Shown: positions 39,407-51,758 of the stretch, one piece after another
Layout of the letters: every line of letters starts with the position of its first letter
Numbering within the stretch: the first letter of the stretch is position 1
NCBI GenBank assembly: GCA_031181385.1
Contig: JAPSKV010000013.1
Span: forward strand, 11,321 to 75,320
From: Fredinandcohnia onubensis
GTDB lineage: Bacteria > Bacillota > Bacilli > Bacillales > Bacillaceae_L
DNA length: 64,000 bases
Reading direction: 5' to 3'
Program-made: the position numbers and the translations under genes
The notes under the pieces: generated by a model
Databases searched by the model: none
Told to the model about the DNA's origin: nothing
Seen by the model: only the letters and a program-made list of their open reading frames with translations

Positions 39407-40990
39407 ATGAGCTATATAGATGAAGTTCAAAAACGAAGAACGTTTGCCATCATCTCCCACCCGGATGCAGGTAAAACGACGATGACGGAGAAATTATTAT
39501 ATTTTGGTAATGTAATTCGTGAAACAGGAACGGTAAAAGGAAAAAAATCAGGAAAATTTGCTGCGTCGGACTGGATGGAGATTGAAAAGCAACGTGGAAT
39601 TTCTGTTACATCAAGTGTTATGAGTTTTCCATACGAGAACTTCTATGTCAATATTCTTGATACACCAGGACACGAGGACTTCAGTGAGGACACCTATCGT
39701 ACGTTAACAGCTGTGGACAGTGTTGTGATGATCATCGACTCCACGAAGGGCGTCGAGCCCCAAACGATTAAACTATTTAAAGTTTGTCGCATGAGAGGCA
39801 TTCCGATTTTCACATTCATTAATAAGCTTGACCGAGAAGGAAAGGATCCACTTGAACTCTTAGCCGAAATTGAAGAGGTTCTTGGTATTGAATCGTATCC
39901 AATGAACTGGCCAGTTGGAATGGGGAAACGATTCTTAGGGATTGTCGACCGTTACAACAATCAATTTGTGCATTTTACTGGAAATGAAGATGAAAAAATC
40001 ATTTCATTACAGGAGCTTGAGGACGGCAAGCATCGTGGAATTACAGATACTCCGATTTACGAAAGTACACAAGATGAGTTACTTTTATTGGACGAAGCAG
40101 GAAATGATTTTGATGTGGAACGTGTAGCCAAAGGTGAACTAACGCCTGTATTCTTTGGTAGTGCGCTCGCAAACTTTGGTGTAGAAACGTTTTTTAATAC
40201 ATTTTTACAATTTGCTTCAGAACCGAAGCCACGTAAAACAAATCTTGGCTTAATTCCACCAGAGGACGAAACGTTCTCAGGTTATATTTTCAAAATCCAA
40301 GCAAACATGAACACGAAGCACCGCGACCGAATTGCATTCTTGCGCGTTTGCTCAGGGAAGTTTGAACGTGGAATGAGTGTCAACATCACTCGTACAGGAA
40401 AATCAATCAAGCTCAATCAAACTCAGCAGTTTATGGCAGCAAGTCGTGAAACAGTAGATGAGGCTTATCCTGGCGATATTATAGGGATTTATGATCCAAA
40501 TGTCTACCAAATCGGTGATACACTTACAGCCGGTAAAGAAGATATGCATTATCAGGAACTACCTGTGTTCCCACCTGAAATGTATCGTAAGGTTCGTGTA
40601 AAGAACGTAATGAAGGCAAAGCAATTTAGAAAAGGTATTGAACAGCTCGTTCAAGAAGGAGCAATTCAATTATTCAGACAGGAATCAAGTGATGAGTTCA
40701 TTCTTGGTGCGGTTGGTCAACTTCAATATGATGTGTTTGAATATCGATTAGAGGGAGAATATAATGTCTCTGTTGAGTTCACTTCACTTGGAAATAGAAT
40801 CCCAAGATGGATTGGCAATAAAGATGTAGATACTCGTCTATTTGATTCAAGAAGTCTACTTGTCCGGGACCGTAACGACCGATATGTCGTGTTATTTGAA
40901 AACGACTTTACGTATCGTTATTTCCAAGATAAAAACAAGGACGTTGAACTCATCGACCTCTATGAAAGCAATGACTATAAAGGTGTATAA
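39407..40990 (+). CDS. prfC: Peptide chain release factor 3
   Basis: [51 protein letters not shown]. Confidence 0.97.
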   Translation: MSYIDEVQKRRTFAIISHPDAGKTTMTEKLLYFGNVIRETGTVKGKKSGKFAASDWMEIEKQRGISVTSSVMSFPYENFYVNILDTPGHEDFSEDTYRTLTAVDSVVMIIDSTKGVEPQTIKLFKVCRMRGIPIFTFINKLDREGKDPLELLAEIEEVLGIESYPMNWPVGMGKRFLGIVDRYNNQFVHFTGNEDEKIISLQELEDGKHRGITDTPIYESTQDELLLLDEAGNDFDVERVAKGELTPVFFGSALANFGVETFFNTFLQFASEPKPRKTNLGLIPPEDETFSGYIFKIQANMNTKHRDRIAFLRVCSGKFERGMSVNITRTGKSIKLNQTQQFMAASRETVDEAYPGDIIGIYDPNVYQIGDTLTAGKEDMHYQELPVFPPEMYRKVRVKNVMKAKQFRKGIEQLVQEGAIQLFRQESSDEFILGAVGQLQYDVFEYRLEGEYNVSVEFTSLGNRIPRWIGNKDVDTRLFDSRSLLVRDRNDRYVVLFENDFTYRYFQDKNKDVELIDLYESNDYKGV

Positions 40991-41055
40991 AAACATGGCT
41001 CAAAACGCTCAGAAAACTTCTCTGGGCGTTCATGTTTATTTAGAAAGGAATTGGT

Positions 41056-42111
41056 ATGAAAAGGAAATATATTAAAAAGATCTTCAATCAAGATGAACCG
41101 AATATGAAAATTATTACATTACTACTGTTGATAGTAAGCACTCTTTCTATCCTCTTCTCAATCGGTATAGGGCCAGTCTCTGTTCATCCACTTACGGTCA
41201 TCGAAATTCTTTTCTCCAAACTTCCCTTTCTCACTATTGAAAATAACTGGACACAGGTTGAGTATAATATCGTTTGGGGTTTACGCTTACCAAGAGTGTT
41301 ATTAGGAATGATTGTTGGTGCTTCATTAGCGATAACAGGGGTTGTTATGCAAGCGTTGGTTCGTAACCATCTTGCAGACCCATTCATTCTTGGTGTCTCT
41401 TCAGGTGCATCTGCAACCGCAACATTAGGAATGTTATTTGGTGCCTTTTCGATTTTTGGTACTTATTCCCTTTCCATCAGTGCGTTTATTGGTGCTGCTG
41501 TGACAATCATTTTAGTCTATACCCTTTCAAGGGTGAACGGAAGAATCAATGTTACTCATCTCTTGCTTTCAGGTGTTGCAATCGCACTGATGATGGATGC
41601 ATTGACAAGAACGATTACGCTAAGTGCTCCGAATGCATTAGGCTTACATAATGCCACCTTTTGGATGTCAGGAAGCTTGGCGGGAGCAAAATGGGGCTAT
41701 TTAACGCTACCACTTATAGTGGCAGTGATTTGTATGATTGTTTTAATGAGCCAATATCGTGCTCTCAATGCCTTACTTTTCGGTGACGAAACAGCGGGAA
41801 CATTAGGCTTTAATGTGGGGAGATTGCATAAATTGTTGATCCTTGTTGCCTCGCTATTAGCTGGTGTCACGATAGCGGTGAGTGGGTCAATTGGATTTAT
41901 CGGGTTAATGGTTCCGCATATTACTAGACTACTCGTTGGTTCAGATCATAAGCGAGTTCTTCCTGTCAGTGCCTTACTCGGTGGAATTTTTGTCGTGTGG
42001 ACAGATGTTGCCGCCCGAATGGTGATAGCACCTGAGGAATTACCAATTGGGATATTAACAGCATTAATAGGCGGGCCATTCTTCATTTGGTTATTAAAAA
42101 CGAAAAAGTAA
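41056..42111 (+). CDS. FecCD/BtuC-family ABC permease
   Basis: LRLPRVLLG, RNHLADPFILGVSSGA, GSIGFIGLMVPH, ELPIG. Confidence 0.93.
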   Translation: MKRKYIKKIFNQDEPNMKIITLLLLIVSTLSILFSIGIGPVSVHPLTVIEILFSKLPFLTIENNWTQVEYNIVWGLRLPRVLLGMIVGASLAITGVVMQALVRNHLADPFILGVSSGASATATLGMLFGAFSIFGTYSLSISAFIGAAVTIILVYTLSRVNGRINVTHLLLSGVAIALMMDALTRTITLSAPNALGLHNATFWMSGSLAGAKWGYLTLPLIVAVICMIVLMSQYRALNALLFGDETAGTLGFNVGRLHKLLILVASLLAGVTIAVSGSIGFIGLMVPHITRLLVGSDHKRVLPVSALLGGIFVVWTDVAARMVIAPEELPIGILTALIGGPFFIWLLKTKK

Positions 42112-42123
42112 TGAGGTGAAAAA

Positions 42124-42909
42124 TTGAAACTACAAGTTGAGAATTTGAATTTTTCATTGAATGAAAAACAAATTATTGAAGATATGAATTTGCATGTTTC
42201 TGAAGGTGAATTTGTCGGAATCATAGGACCAAACGGAAGTGGGAAATCGACTCTCCTAAAAAACTTGTATCGTGGGCTTAAGCCCAATTCTGGTGTTGTT
42301 TTTTTAGATAGAGAGAATGTATATAAAATGAACCCTAAAGCGGTTGCCAAAAAAATCGGTGTTGTCGGACAAGAAAATGTCATCCCATTTGATTTTAAGG
42401 TCGAAGAAATCGTCGCAATGGGGAGAAGTCCATACAAAGGATTTTTTGATGGTGACAGTAGAAAAGATAAAGATATTGTTGCAAATGCGATTGAGCAAAT
42501 TGGTATGTCTGATATGGAGAAACGCAATTATATCAATCTATCAGGTGGGGAAAAGCAGCGCGTCTTACTAGGTAGAGTGCTTGCTCAGCAAACGGATTTA
42601 TTACTGCTAGATGAACCAACAAACCACTTGGATATCCAGCACCAGCTACAAATTTTTGATTTAATAAAAGGTCTAGGTGTAACGGTCTTATCCGCCATCC
42701 ATGATTTAAACCTTGCAGCTCTTTATTGTGACCGACTTTATGTTGTCAAGGATGGGCGTATTATGATGGCAGGAACTCCTGAAGAAGTATTAACGTCTCA
42801 ATCGATATACGAAATCTACGGGGTCAGGTCTGATGTAGCGGTTCATCCAACTACAAAAAAAGTGACGATTACCTATTTACCCGTCAGTTTGCTAGAAGGA
42901 GAAAATTAA
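42124..42909 (+). CDS. ABC ATPase (FepC/BtuD-like)
   Basis: GPNGSGKST, LSGGEKQR, LLLDEPTNHLD. Confidence 0.95.
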   Translation: MKLQVENLNFSLNEKQIIEDMNLHVSEGEFVGIIGPNGSGKSTLLKNLYRGLKPNSGVVFLDRENVYKMNPKAVAKKIGVVGQENVIPFDFKVEEIVAMGRSPYKGFFDGDSRKDKDIVANAIEQIGMSDMEKRNYINLSGGEKQRVLLGRVLAQQTDLLLLDEPTNHLDIQHQLQIFDLIKGLGVTVLSAIHDLNLAALYCDRLYVVKDGRIMMAGTPEEVLTSQSIYEIYGVRSDVAVHPTTKKVTITYLPVSLLEGEN

Positions 42910-42910
42910 A

Positions 42911-43861
42911 ATGAAAAAGTTAGTTTTACTAATGACAGGGTTTCTTGTATTAGTGTTAGCGGGATGTGGCTCCGATACAAAGGACGGCTCCGTTACTAAA
43001 TCTAAGGAAGCTCTAGTCATTGATAACTATGGGAGAGAAGTAGAATTTACTGAGAAGCCTTCAAAAGTGTTAACTTTAGGGCCGAATGCGACCGAATTAT
43101 TTATCGCATTAGGACTCTCTGATTATGTAATTGGAAATAGTTTGGACAATCATAGTCGCGGTGCCTTACCTGAATACAAGGACGATTATGAGAAAATTCC
43201 CGAGCTTACGTACGGTTCTGCAACAAGGGAAGCTGTATTAACTAGTGGAGCCGATTTTATTTACGGCATCGATTGGGAATTTGGAAGTGAAGGCCTAGAT
43301 GTCGATGAACTTGAAAGCTATGGAATCAACGTATATATGAATAAAGCCACATCAATGGACGAAATTTATAAAGAAATACGTGATATCGGTAAGATTTTTG
43401 GCATTGAAGATCGCGCAGAGGCATTTATAGAAGAGCAAAAGGAACGAATTGCTAGTGTGCAGGAGAAACTGGCTAATCACGAGCCGGTTGATGTACTAGT
43501 ATATGACAGTGGTGGAAATGGCGTTTTCACCGCGGGTAGCACAAACTTTGAAACGTTATTAATAGAGTTAGCTGGTGGCCAAAATGTTTTTAATGATATC
43601 ACAGACAAACAATGGACCACAGTTAGCTACGAAGAAGTACTCGCAAGGCAGCCAGATGTCATTCTGATTCATGATTATGATGCTCCTTCGATTGAACAAA
43701 AAATAAAGGACATTAAAAATGACCCAGCTCTTTCGCAGCTTGAAAGTGTTAAAAATGAAAAGTTTGTCGTTATTTCATTAGAGAGTGTATTACCAGGAAA
43801 CCGTATGGCGTATGCAGTTGAAACATTGGCTAGAGGATTCTATCCGGAATTGTTTAAATAG
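42911..43861 (+). CDS. Class III substrate-binding lipoprotein (siderophore/cobalamin type)
   Basis: Lipobox LAGC; GGQNVFNDI, VSYEEVLARQPDVI. Confidence 0.88.
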   Translation: MKKLVLLMTGFLVLVLAGCGSDTKDGSVTKSKEALVIDNYGREVEFTEKPSKVLTLGPNATELFIALGLSDYVIGNSLDNHSRGALPEYKDDYEKIPELTYGSATREAVLTSGADFIYGIDWEFGSEGLDVDELESYGINVYMNKATSMDEIYKEIRDIGKIFGIEDRAEAFIEEQKERIASVQEKLANHEPVDVLVYDSGGNGVFTAGSTNFETLLIELAGGQNVFNDITDKQWTTVSYEEVLARQPDVILIHDYDAPSIEQKIKDIKNDPALSQLESVKNEKFVVISLESVLPGNRMAYAVETLARGFYPELFK

Positions 43862-43934
43862 CAGGAGTAATCACGTGAATTCCTTCATTCGATTTGCTAT
43901 ATTGAAGATATGAAACTGAAAGGATACAAATTTA

Positions 43935-44162
43935 ATGCTATTAAAAATATTGCTTGCGCTCATCCTTCCGGGTGTACTCGTCGTTTTCTTTACAAGAGTG
44001 ACCTATAATCATTATGTGGGTTTTTTACTTGCGGTTGCCCTTATCGTTGCATCTATTTATAAAGGATATGCGGATTCCGCTATTATTATCGTTGCGGATA
44101 TCATATCGTTGGGAGCAGGATTCATGTATGCAAGAAATATGGGGAAAAGAGCGGGAAAATAA
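43935..44162 (+). CDS. csbA: General stress membrane protein CsbA
   Basis: VFFTRVTYNHYV..YKGY; syntenic upstream of uvrB. Confidence 0.88.
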   Translation: MLLKILLALILPGVLVVFFTRVTYNHYVGFLLAVALIVASIYKGYADSAIIIVADIISLGAGFMYARNMGKRAGK

Positions 44163-44220
44163 AGTCCTTCATCGAGATGATGAAGGATTTTTGTCTTTGA
44201 AGCAGCCAATAGGTCATTTA

Positions 44221-44958
44221 TTACTTATCTAATTTCTCCAACTCAGAAACAATGACTGTTTGAATCTCATCATTTCCAATTGCCCCTCTATGAAAGGTGT
44301 TTGAATCCAACCAATAGAGTAGTCGGAAGGATACTCCATTATTAAGCTCTATTTCTATAAAAACACGCTCACCTTCAAATTTGCCTGTTTTATATAATGT
44401 ATCTAAATCACCTAAAACCAACGGATACCAAGTCTCAATAAATTGTTTCTTTGATTCATCTGAAAATGTATGTAGGCGGCTACCGTCTTCGGTGCTTTCA
44501 AAATGAATGTTTTTTACCAGTCCATCTAATGGATAAAGCTCGCCAGCCGTTTTGGCTCTCTTATTTTCGTCAACAACAAACACATCATCTCCCGCAGTTA
44601 GGATGAAAGAGGAAGGATACCCTTTTACCTCGTAAATTGAAGTTCCTTCAGGTAAATAAGTCGCGTCCCCATTTTTCATTACATGATCACTGCAGGCATG
44701 CTCACTCATCATGAACGTGACATTTCCAAGTTTTTCTCCTTTTTCAATGATCGAATTTTGTTCATCTGAAGCATCCGGAAAATGGTGTTCATATTTTATA
44801 TCGTTGATCATTAATACATCCACCCATTCAATCACTTCTCCATTTGGGCACCCTTCCGTTTGATCGATAGATTGGCTGGGACTTGGTGGTGTAGTAAATT
44901 GCTTGTTGCATGAAACTAACAAAATAGAAACGAAAATTAATATGAAGCTCCCCCTTTT
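44221..44958 (-). CDS. Hypothetical lipoprotein
   Basis: MIKRGSFILIFVSILLVSC lipobox; GGAG RBS. Confidence 0.7.
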   Translation of the reverse strand, partial: KRGSFILIFVSILLVSCNKQFTTPPSPSQSIDQTEGCPNGEVIEWVDVLMINDIKYEHHFPDASDEQNSIIEKGEKLGNVTFMMSEHACSDHVMKNGDATYLPEGTSIYEVKGYPSSFILTAGDDVFVVDENKRAKTAGELYPLDGLVKNIHFESTEDGSRLHTFSDESKKQFIETWYPLVLGDLDTLYKTGKFEGERVFIEIELNNGVSFRLLYWLDSNTFHRGAIGNDEIQTVIVSELEKLDK

Positions 44959-45048
44959 TATCATAAAACATCTCCTTTGCTTCAATCTATTTTTCCAAAT
45001 TATAACATGATATATTTGTTTAGAAACTACATTTCAACAAATAAAAAT

Positions 45049-45062
45049 CGAATATCAGTTCG
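45049..45062. promoter_or_regulatory. LexA (Cheo) SOS box
   Basis: CGAATATCAGTTCG about 100 nt upstream of uvrB. Confidence 0.8.
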
Positions 45063-45164
45063 TATTTTTGTTTGTTTTAGGTCAGTTTGTGGTACAATGT
45101 TTCTATCGAGAAAAAGTCAGTGGAAAATTACATAAAAAGATAAGAATGGATGGGAGGAACGTAA

Positions 45165-47144
45165 ATGAAGGATCAATTTGAGTTAGTCTCAAAGTATTCA
45201 CCACAGGGTGACCAACCAAGAGCAATCAAACAGCTTGTTGATGGAATTAAAGCGGGCAAAAAAATTCAAACATTATTAGGCGCTACGGGTACAGGAAAAA
45301 CGTTTACGATTTCGAATGTAATCAAGGAAGTAAATCGACCAACCCTTATCATTGCCCACAATAAAACATTGGCAGGACAGCTTTATAGTGAGTTTAAAGA
45401 GTTCTTTCCAAATAACGCTGTTGAATATTTTGTTAGTTATTATGACTACTTCCAACCAGAGGCATATGTTCCATCATCTGATACATATATCGAAAAGGAC
45501 TCAAGTGTGAATGATGAAATTGATAAGTTGCGACACTCTGCAACATCTTCCCTATTTGAACGACGCGATGTCATCATAATTGCAAGTGTATCTTGTATTT
45601 ATGGCTTGGGTTCTCCTGAGGAATATAGGGAACTCGTTGTTTCCTTACGAACTGGAATGGAAATCGAACGAAATGAGCTTTTACGCAAATTAGTGGATGT
45701 TCAATATGAACGAAATGACATTGACTTCCGTCGCGGAACCTTCCGTGTAAGAGGGGACGTCGTTGAAATTTTTCCTGCCTCACGTGATGAGCACTGTATT
45801 CGCGTGGAGTTTTTTGGCGATGAAATTGATCGGATTCGTGAGGTGGATGCCTTAACAGGTGAAATACTGGGTGAACGTGAGCATGTTGCGATATTCCCGG
45901 CATCCCACTTCGTAACCCGTGAAGAAAAAATGCAAATTGCGATTAAAAATATTGAGGCAGAGCTAGAAGAACGCTTAGCTGAACTTCGTGAAGATGGTCA
46001 ACTATTACAAGCGCAGCGTCTTGAACAACGGACGAATTATGATCTTGAAATGATGCGTGAAATGGGCTTTTGTTCAGGTATTGAGAACTATTCACGTCAT
46101 CTTACATTAAGACCTCCAGGTTCAACACCCTATACTTTAATGGATTATTTTCCAGAGGATTTGCTAATTGTCGTCGATGAATCGCACGTGACATTGCCAC
46201 AAATTCGCGGCATGTTTAATGGTGACCAAGCAAGAAAACAAGTACTGGTTGATCACGGCTTCCGTCTTCCTTCTGCATTGGATAACCGACCACTCCGCTT
46301 TGAGGAGTTCGAAAAGCATATCAATCAAATCATTAATGTGTCTGCGACACCTGGACCGTACGAAATCGAGCACACAGACGAAATGGTTGAACAAATTATT
46401 CGTCCAACTGGTTTACTTGATCCAATTATTGAGGTTAGACCAATTCAAGGTCAAATTGATGACTTACTAGGTGAAATTCAAGACCGTGTTAATAAAAATG
46501 AACGTGTCCTGATTACTACCTTAACGAAAAAAATGTCTGAGGATCTAACGGATTACTTGAAAGACGTCGGAATCAAGGTAACTTATTTGCACTCAGAAAT
46601 AAAAACGCTAGAGCGGATTGAAATTATTCGTGATCTCCGTATGGGTAAACATGATGTACTAGTAGGGATTAACCTGCTTCGTGAAGGACTGGATATTCCA
46701 GAAGTCTCACTTGTTGCTATTCTAGATGCGGATAAGGAAGGGTTCCTTCGTTCGGAACGCTCACTCATCCAAACCATTGGTCGTGCCGCTCGGAATGCTA
46801 ATGGTAGAGTCATTATGTATGCAGATAAGATGACGAACTCGATGGAAATTGCGATTAGTGAAACAAAACGTCGTCGTGAAATGCAAGAGGAATATAACAA
46901 AAAGCATGGTATTACGCCACAAACCATTAAAAAGGATATTCGCGATGTCATTCGTGCTACAACGGCAGCCGAAGATACTGAAACCTATGAAACAGTACCT
47001 AAGTTAACCGGATTATCGAAGAAGGAACGCGAACAAGTAATTGCTGAAATGGAAAATGAAATGAAGGAAGCAGCAAAAGCACTTAATTTTGAACGGGCAG
47101 CTGAATTACGTGATTTAATTTTGGAGTTAAAAGCGGAAGGATGA
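45165..47144 (+). CDS. uvrB: Excinuclease ABC subunit B
   Basis: [34 protein letters not shown]-terminal UVR domain. Confidence 0.99.
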   Translation: MKDQFELVSKYSPQGDQPRAIKQLVDGIKAGKKIQTLLGATGTGKTFTISNVIKEVNRPTLIIAHNKTLAGQLYSEFKEFFPNNAVEYFVSYYDYFQPEAYVPSSDTYIEKDSSVNDEIDKLRHSATSSLFERRDVIIIASVSCIYGLGSPEEYRELVVSLRTGMEIERNELLRKLVDVQYERNDIDFRRGTFRVRGDVVEIFPASRDEHCIRVEFFGDEIDRIREVDALTGEILGEREHVAIFPASHFVTREEKMQIAIKNIEAELEERLAELREDGQLLQAQRLEQRTNYDLEMMREMGFCSGIENYSRHLTLRPPGSTPYTLMDYFPEDLLIVVDESHVTLPQIRGMFNGDQARKQVLVDHGFRLPSALDNRPLRFEEFEKHINQIINVSATPGPYEIEHTDEMVEQIIRPTGLLDPIIEVRPIQGQIDDLLGEIQDRVNKNERVLITTLTKKMSEDLTDYLKDVGIKVTYLHSEIKTLERIEIIRDLRMGKHDVLVGINLLREGLDIPEVSLVAILDADKEGFLRSERSLIQTIGRAARNANGRVIMYADKMTNSMEIAISETKRRREMQEEYNKKHGITPQTIKKDIRDVIRATTAAEDTETYETVPKLTGLSKKEREQVIAEMENEMKEAAKALNFERAAELRDLILELKAEG

Positions 47145-47151
47145 CATAAAC

Positions 47152-50025
47152 ATGGCATTGGATAAAATAGTCGTCAAAGGAGCAAGGGCCCATAACTTAA
47201 AAAACATAGATGTTACGATTCCGAGAGATCAACTAGTTGTCGTGACCGGTCTATCTGGTTCAGGAAAGTCATCCCTTGCATTTGACACCATTTATGCAGA
47301 AGGACAACGGCGTTATGTCGAGTCCCTCTCTGCATACGCACGTCAATTTTTAGGGCAAATGGATAAACCAGATGTTGATTCAATTGAGGGTCTTTCACCT
47401 GCGATTTCGATTGACCAAAAAACAACAAGCAGGAATCCAAGGTCAACTGTTGGTACGGTTACAGAGATTTATGATTATTTGCGGTTATTATATGCTCGAG
47501 TAGGAAAACCGGTTTGTCCTAACCATGGAATTGAAATTACATCACAAACCGTTGAGCAGATGGTAGATCGTATTTTAGAATACCCAGAACGGACAAAGCT
47601 GCAGGTACTCGCGCCTGTTGTATCAGGACGTAAGGGTGCCCATGTGAAGATTTTAGAGGATATAAAAAAGCAAGGTTATGTCAGAGTCCGTGTCGATGGT
47701 GAAATGCTTGAGCTATCAGATGACATCGAGCTAGAAAAGAATAAAAAACATTCAATTGAGGTTGTCATTGACCGAATTGTAGTTAAAGAGGGTGTAACGG
47801 CAAGACTATCTGATTCAGTTGAGGCTGCCCTACGTTTAGGCGGAGGCAAAGTAATTATTGATGTGATTGGGGAAGAGGAACTCTTGTTTAGTGAGCTTCA
47901 TTCATGCCCGATTTGTGGTTTTTCCATTGGGGAGCTTGAACCAAGAATGTTCTCTTTTAATAGTCCTTTCGGGGCATGTCCCGATTGTGATGGATTAGGC
48001 AACAAACTTGAAGTCGACCCAGATCTCGTGATTCCGAACTGGGATTTATCACTTCGAAAGCATGCAATTGCACCATGGGAGCCAACAAGCTCTCAATATT
48101 ACCCACAATTACTAGAATCAGTTTGTAATCATTACGGGATTGATATGGATATCCCGGTAAAGGATATCCCGAAGCATTTGATGGATAAAGTCCTTTATGG
48201 AAGTGATGGCGAAGAAATCTACTTCTATTATGAGAATGACTTCGGTCAGAAACGTGAAAATAATATCATTTTTGAGGGTGTCCTTCGAAATGTAGAAAGA
48301 CGTTACAAAGAAACAAGCTCCGATTATATTCGGGAGCAAATGGAAAAGTATATGGCTGAGCGTGCTTGCCCTTCATGTAAAGGTTATCGGTTGAAAAAGG
48401 AAAGTCTTGCTGTTCTAATCTCAGGGAAACATATTTCTAATGTTACAGACTTTTCCATTAATGAGGCTTTTGAATTCTTTACTAATATTGAGCTCTCTGA
48501 AAAAGATATGAAAATCGCGAACCTTATTTTTCGAGAAATCAAAGAACGACTCGGTTTTCTCGTTAATGTTGGATTAGATTATCTAACTCTAAGTCGTGCC
48601 GCAGGAACTTTATCTGGTGGTGAGGCTCAACGGATTCGACTAGCTACTCAAATCGGTTCGCGTTTAACAGGTGTTCTCTATATTTTGGACGAGCCGTCAA
48701 TTGGATTACATCAACGAGATAATGACCGACTCATTGATACGCTAAGGACAATGAGGGATATTGGGAATACATTAATTGTTGTTGAGCACGATGAAGATAC
48801 GATGCTAGCTGCTGATTATTTAATCGACATCGGACCAGGAGCTGGAATTCATGGGGGAGAGATAATCGCTGCGGGAACTCCTAAAGAAGTAATGGAAGAC
48901 CTGAATTCCTTAACAGGACAATACCTCTCGGGTAAAAAGTTCATCCCACTACCAAGCGAAAGAAGACAGCCGGATGGACGCTATGTAGAAGTTATTGGTG
49001 CAAAGGAAAATAACCTGAAAAATGTATCAGCTAAGTTCCCACTTGGATTGTTCATTGCTGTTACTGGTGTATCAGGATCAGGTAAGAGTACTTTGGTGAA
49101 TGAAATTCTCCATAAATCATTGGCACAGAAACTGAACCGAGCAAAAACAAAACCTGGTGAACACAAGGAAGTTAAAGGTATTGAACAATTGGAAAAAGTA
49201 ATCGACATTGACCAGTCGCCAATTGGACGGACACCTCGATCAAATCCGGCTACATACACAGGCGTCTTTGATGATATTCGTGATCTGTTCGCTAATACAA
49301 ATGAAGCAAAGGTAAGAGGTTATAAGAAGGGTCGTTTTAGTTTCAATGTTAAAGGTGGACGCTGTGAAGCCTGCCGTGGTGATGGAATTATTAAAATCGA
49401 AATGCACTTCCTGCCAGATGTTTATGTACCTTGTGAGGTATGTCATGGGAAACGCTATAACCGTGAAACATTAGAAGTAAAATATAAGGATAAAAATGTA
49501 TCAGATATATTAAATATGACAGTTGAGGATGCATTATCCTTTTTTGAAAACATTCCACGAATCAAACGTAAAATTGAAACATTATATGATGTTGGTTTAG
49601 GCTACGTTAAACTAGGACAACCTGCAACAACACTTTCTGGTGGAGAAGCACAACGCGTGAAGCTCGCTTCTGAATTACATCGTCGCTCAAATGGTAAGTC
49701 ATTTTATATTTTAGATGAACCAACAACGGGCCTACATGTAGATGACATTTCGAGATTGCTTAAGGTCTTACAGCGACTAGTTGAAAATGGGGATACAGTC
49801 CTTGTCATCGAACATAACCTCGATGTAATCAAAGCCGCAGACTACATTGTTGACCTCGGCCCAGAAGGCGGAGACAAAGGTGGTACCATCAATGGAACTG
49901 GTACACCAGAAGAAATTACAAAAATCAAAGCATCCCACACTGGACGCTACCTAAAACCAGTCCTTGAACGCGACCGCCAGCGGATGAAAGAATTAATCAA
50001 AGAAAAAGAAACAGTTACTAAATAA
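47152..50025 (+). CDS. uvrA: Excinuclease ABC subunit A
   Basis: Two ABC ATPase halves ([24 protein letters not shown]) and zinc fingers. Confidence 0.99.
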   Translation: MALDKIVVKGARAHNLKNIDVTIPRDQLVVVTGLSGSGKSSLAFDTIYAEGQRRYVESLSAYARQFLGQMDKPDVDSIEGLSPAISIDQKTTSRNPRSTVGTVTEIYDYLRLLYARVGKPVCPNHGIEITSQTVEQMVDRILEYPERTKLQVLAPVVSGRKGAHVKILEDIKKQGYVRVRVDGEMLELSDDIELEKNKKHSIEVVIDRIVVKEGVTARLSDSVEAALRLGGGKVIIDVIGEEELLFSELHSCPICGFSIGELEPRMFSFNSPFGACPDCDGLGNKLEVDPDLVIPNWDLSLRKHAIAPWEPTSSQYYPQLLESVCNHYGIDMDIPVKDIPKHLMDKVLYGSDGEEIYFYYENDFGQKRENNIIFEGVLRNVERRYKETSSDYIREQMEKYMAERACPSCKGYRLKKESLAVLISGKHISNVTDFSINEAFEFFTNIELSEKDMKIANLIFREIKERLGFLVNVGLDYLTLSRAAGTLSGGEAQRIRLATQIGSRLTGVLYILDEPSIGLHQRDNDRLIDTLRTMRDIGNTLIVVEHDEDTMLAADYLIDIGPGAGIHGGEIIAAGTPKEVMEDLNSLTGQYLSGKKFIPLPSERRQPDGRYVEVIGAKENNLKNVSAKFPLGLFIAVTGVSGSGKSTLVNEILHKSLAQKLNRAKTKPGEHKEVKGIEQLEKVIDIDQSPIGRTPRSNPATYTGVFDDIRDLFANTNEAKVRGYKKGRFSFNVKGGRCEACRGDGIIKIEMHFLPDVYVPCEVCHGKRYNRETLEVKYKDKNVSDILNMTVEDALSFFENIPRIKRKIETLYDVGLGYVKLGQPATTLSGGEAQRVKLASELHRRSNGKSFYILDEPTTGLHVDDISRLLKVLQRLVENGDTVLVIEHNLDVIKAADYIVDLGPEGGDKGGTINGTGTPEEITKIKASHTGRYLKPVLERDRQRMKELIKEKETVTK

Positions 50026-50031
50026 ATGTAG

Positions 50032-50068
50032 AATCCCGATTTGTGAACAGAGCAAATCGGGATTTTTT
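50032..50068 (+). terminator. Terminator hairpin copy 1
   Basis: AATCCCGATTTG-9nt-CAAATCGGGATT plus T-run. Confidence 0.85.
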
Positions 50069-50176
50069 ATAATGAAAACACACTTGGGTTAGGAAAATTA
50101 TGGTATCCTACTAATAAGGGCATATAAGGTAATTTTTTGAAAGAGGCTATTCTAAAACCATACAAAGGGGATAAAG

Positions 50177-50560
50177 ATGAAAATCACCATTCGCGTTACT
50201 GAAATTTTGTTGGGGGCTATATTTTTAGGAGCAGGTTTAAATGGGTATGCTGTGTTGTTTGGATTTGAGCCATTTGCGCCAACAAGCCCAGCTGCGATGG
50301 AATTTTTGGGAGATGGCTACTTACTAGCGTTGGAAAAAGGTGTTGAAATCATTGCGGGATTATTATTGATTATTCATAGGTATGTACCGTTAGCCTTAGT
50401 TGTTTTAGCAGGTCTAATAGTCAATATTTTAGCATTTCATATCTTTGTAGATTCAGAGTTGCTTCCATTGGCAATTATGATAACAATATTTGAAGGAATA
50501 TTAGCCTGGCATTACCGCGAAAACTTTAAAATGCTTTTAGAAAGTAAGCCTAAGCATTAA
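50177..50560 (+). CDS. DoxX-like membrane protein
   Basis: ILLGAIFLGAGLNG..EIIAGLLLII..VNILAFH; 4 TM. Confidence 0.75.
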   Translation: MKITIRVTEILLGAIFLGAGLNGYAVLFGFEPFAPTSPAAMEFLGDGYLLALEKGVEIIAGLLLIIHRYVPLALVVLAGLIVNILAFHIFVDSELLPLAIMITIFEGILAWHYRENFKMLLESKPKH

Positions 50561-50562
50561 AT

Positions 50563-50599
50563 GTAACCACAGGTAACCACAGGGGCGGTTCTTGTGGTT
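50563..50599 (+). repeat. REP-like element R1
   Basis: AACCACAG-GGGCGGTTC-TTGTGGTT preceded by tandem copy of GTAACCACAG. Confidence 0.75.
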
Positions 50600-50611
50600 T
50601 GATGAAACAGG

Positions 50612-50649
50612 AAAATCCCGATTTGCGAAAATATGCAGATCGGGATTTC
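50612..50649 (+). terminator. Terminator hairpin copy 2
   Basis: AAATCCCGATTTGC-8nt-GCAGATCGGGATTT. Confidence 0.8.
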
Positions 50650-50817
50650 TAAATTTTACGTCCCCTTAATGAAAAAAATGATATAATTAAATCTAATTTT
50701 TAAAATTTTTGATTATTGTTATATTAAATTATATTTTGTATTAAAGTTTATTTTTTTACATAAACTCACAAATTAAAACAATAATGAAGAAAAAGAATAT
50801 GTAAGGGAGTTTTTAAC

Positions 50818-51756
50818 ATGGAACATCGTAATAAAATTATAGACTGTACTATTCGTGATGGGGGATTAGTTAACAATTGGGACTTTAGTGTCGAATTTGT
50901 TCAAGACTTGTATAATTGCCTAAGTGCAGCTGGTGTGGAATACATGGAGATTGGCTACAAAAATTCGCCTAGGCTACTCAATGCAACTGAGCCTAATCCA
51001 TGGAGGTTTCTTGACGATAACTTCCTTAAAGAAATTATTCCTGAGAAAAAAACGACGAAGCTATCTGCTCTGGTAGATATTGGGCGTGTTGATCCTGCTG
51101 ACATACTACCCCGTGAGGAAAGTGTTCTAGATATGATTCGAGTTGCGTGCTACGTACGTGAAGTAGATAAAGGCTTGGAGCTTGTAAAAATGTTTCATGA
51201 CCTAGGCTACGAGACTTCACTTAACATCATGGCTTTATCTAGTGTTCCTGAACGTCAGCTTATTGAAGCGTTTGAAATGGTGAAGGCAAGTCCTGTCGAC
51301 GTTGTCTATATCGTTGACTCATTTGGAAGCTTAGCTCCTACCGATATTGAGCATCAAGTGAAAAAGTTCCAAGAGATGCTCCCTAATAAACAGCTTGGAA
51401 TACATACGCATAACAACATGCAATTAGCATTCGCCAATACACTAGCTGCGATGAGAAACGGAGTTACTTATCTTGATTCGTCTGTTTATGGTATGGGTCG
51501 TGCGGCTGGTAATTGTCACACAGAGCTTCTCGTTAGTTACATACAAAAAAGTAGCTATGAGATTAAGCCAGTTCTCAGTATCATTGAAAAGCATATGATA
51601 GAAATGCGACAAAAGTGGGAGTGGGGCTATATCATTCCTTACATGATCTCCGGTATGCTTAATGAACATCCACGTGTCGCTATGGCCTATCGTAATAGTG
51701 CAGACCGTGATAACTATGTAGACTTTTATGACAAAGTAACATCACCTGAATCTTGA
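50818..51756 (+). CDS. DRE-TIM metallolyase (HMGL-like / 4-hydroxy-2-oxovalerate aldolase-like) catalytic domain protein
   Basis: IDCTIRDGG, YIVDSFGSL, GIHTHNN, GMGRAAGN motifs. Confidence 0.85.
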   Translation: MEHRNKIIDCTIRDGGLVNNWDFSVEFVQDLYNCLSAAGVEYMEIGYKNSPRLLNATEPNPWRFLDDNFLKEIIPEKKTTKLSALVDIGRVDPADILPREESVLDMIRVACYVREVDKGLELVKMFHDLGYETSLNIMALSSVPERQLIEAFEMVKASPVDVVYIVDSFGSLAPTDIEHQVKKFQEMLPNKQLGIHTHNNMQLAFANTLAAMRNGVTYLDSSVYGMGRAAGNCHTELLVSYIQKSSYEIKPVLSIIEKHMIEMRQKWEWGYIIPYMISGMLNEHPRVAMAYRNSADRDNYVDFYDKVTSPES

Positions 51757-51758
51757 CT

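Noticed and set aside
40991-41055. Cobalamin riboswitch or Fur box before the ABC importer
   Set aside because: Only 65 nt with one hairpin; no B12-box or GATAATGATAATCATTATC-like site
45574-49446. Antisense and alternate-frame ORFs within uvrB and uvrA, and similar ones in other long genes
   Set aside because: Shadow ORFs of strongly conserved genes, without RBS or motifs
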